DNA of 64,000 bases from the NCBI RefSeq assembly GCF_018350175.1, contig NC_058368.1, positions 13,330,001-13,394,000 of the forward strand, written 5' to 3'. The position numbers and the translations under genes were made by a program. Shown piece by piece: positions 63,541 to 64,000 of the stretch. The DNA is from Felis catus (taxonomy: Eukaryota). Position 1 is the stretch's first letter; each line of letters begins with the position of its first letter. Below the pieces are notes generated by a model. That model saw only the letters and a list, made by a program, of their open reading frames with translations, searched no databases and had not been told where the DNA came from.

Positions 63541-64000
63541 GATATATATTCTTCCAAGTCACAGGTAATCACAGTTTTATCACTAAATTATATTGACATG
63601 TCCACAAGGGATCCTGAGATTGAAATTCTATCCTGAGAGAAACCTTGCTTTCTAAGAAGTATTGTCTCTTCCATATCTCCTTTTTAAATACTGCCAGTAC
63701 TGTTGGGAAGGGTAGTATACTAAGTTCTTTCTATCCCCAAACCTGATTATGAATTAGACCTAGCCTCAGAAGTAAGATGTTGACAGGTAGCAGAGAGATA
63801 CTGAAAGGAAAGATGAGAGACAGTGTTGCCTCCCTATTTTTTAGTGGGGCTGGCCCAGTACAGGCCTAGTTCTTTCCATCATGGAGAAGAGAAAGAGTTT
63901 GAGAAATCTATAGATAGAGTTCCTCCAGGTTTACAGAGATGAGTGTGTGGCTGAGAAGGTGATAGATCTACCTGTCCCTGGGGGCAGCCGTGCACTCGAT

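Noticed and set aside
1..64000. A novel multi-gene biological system (defence island, operon, intact ERV or L1)
   Set aside because: There are no long ORFs, no gag/pol/env or intact L1 ORFs and no gene-dense segment; the window is repeat-rich non-coding carnivore DNA.

Overview
This is mammalian genomic DNA, almost certainly from a cat-family (feliform) carnivore. It carries about 21 tRNA-derived Can-SINEs (SINEC_Fc type), many with clear target-site duplications, on a background of older eutherian repeats: L1M, L2, MIR, MaLR/ERV LTRs, MER5 and a Tigger-like MITE. I found no recognisable protein-coding exon, RNA gene, CRISPR array or prokaryote-type system. The listed ORFs are short chance frames or frames read through SINEs and low-complexity tracts, so the window is intergenic or lies deep in a large intron. 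The most unusual structure is an inverted SINE pair at 35.55-36.58 kb that shares 36 bp of unique 5' flank containing a MEF2-type site, which suggests local copying. Other notable items are two template-switch-like palindromes (49.0 kb and 14.9 kb), a 51-bp minisatellite at a MIR boundary, a 241-bp TIR element, two CTCF-like motifs, a candidate recursive splice site and a CpG-enriched candidate exon/regulatory region near 61.1-61.7 kb. Repeat family names come from my recall of consensus sequences, not from a database search. Boundaries of the old repeats are approximate.
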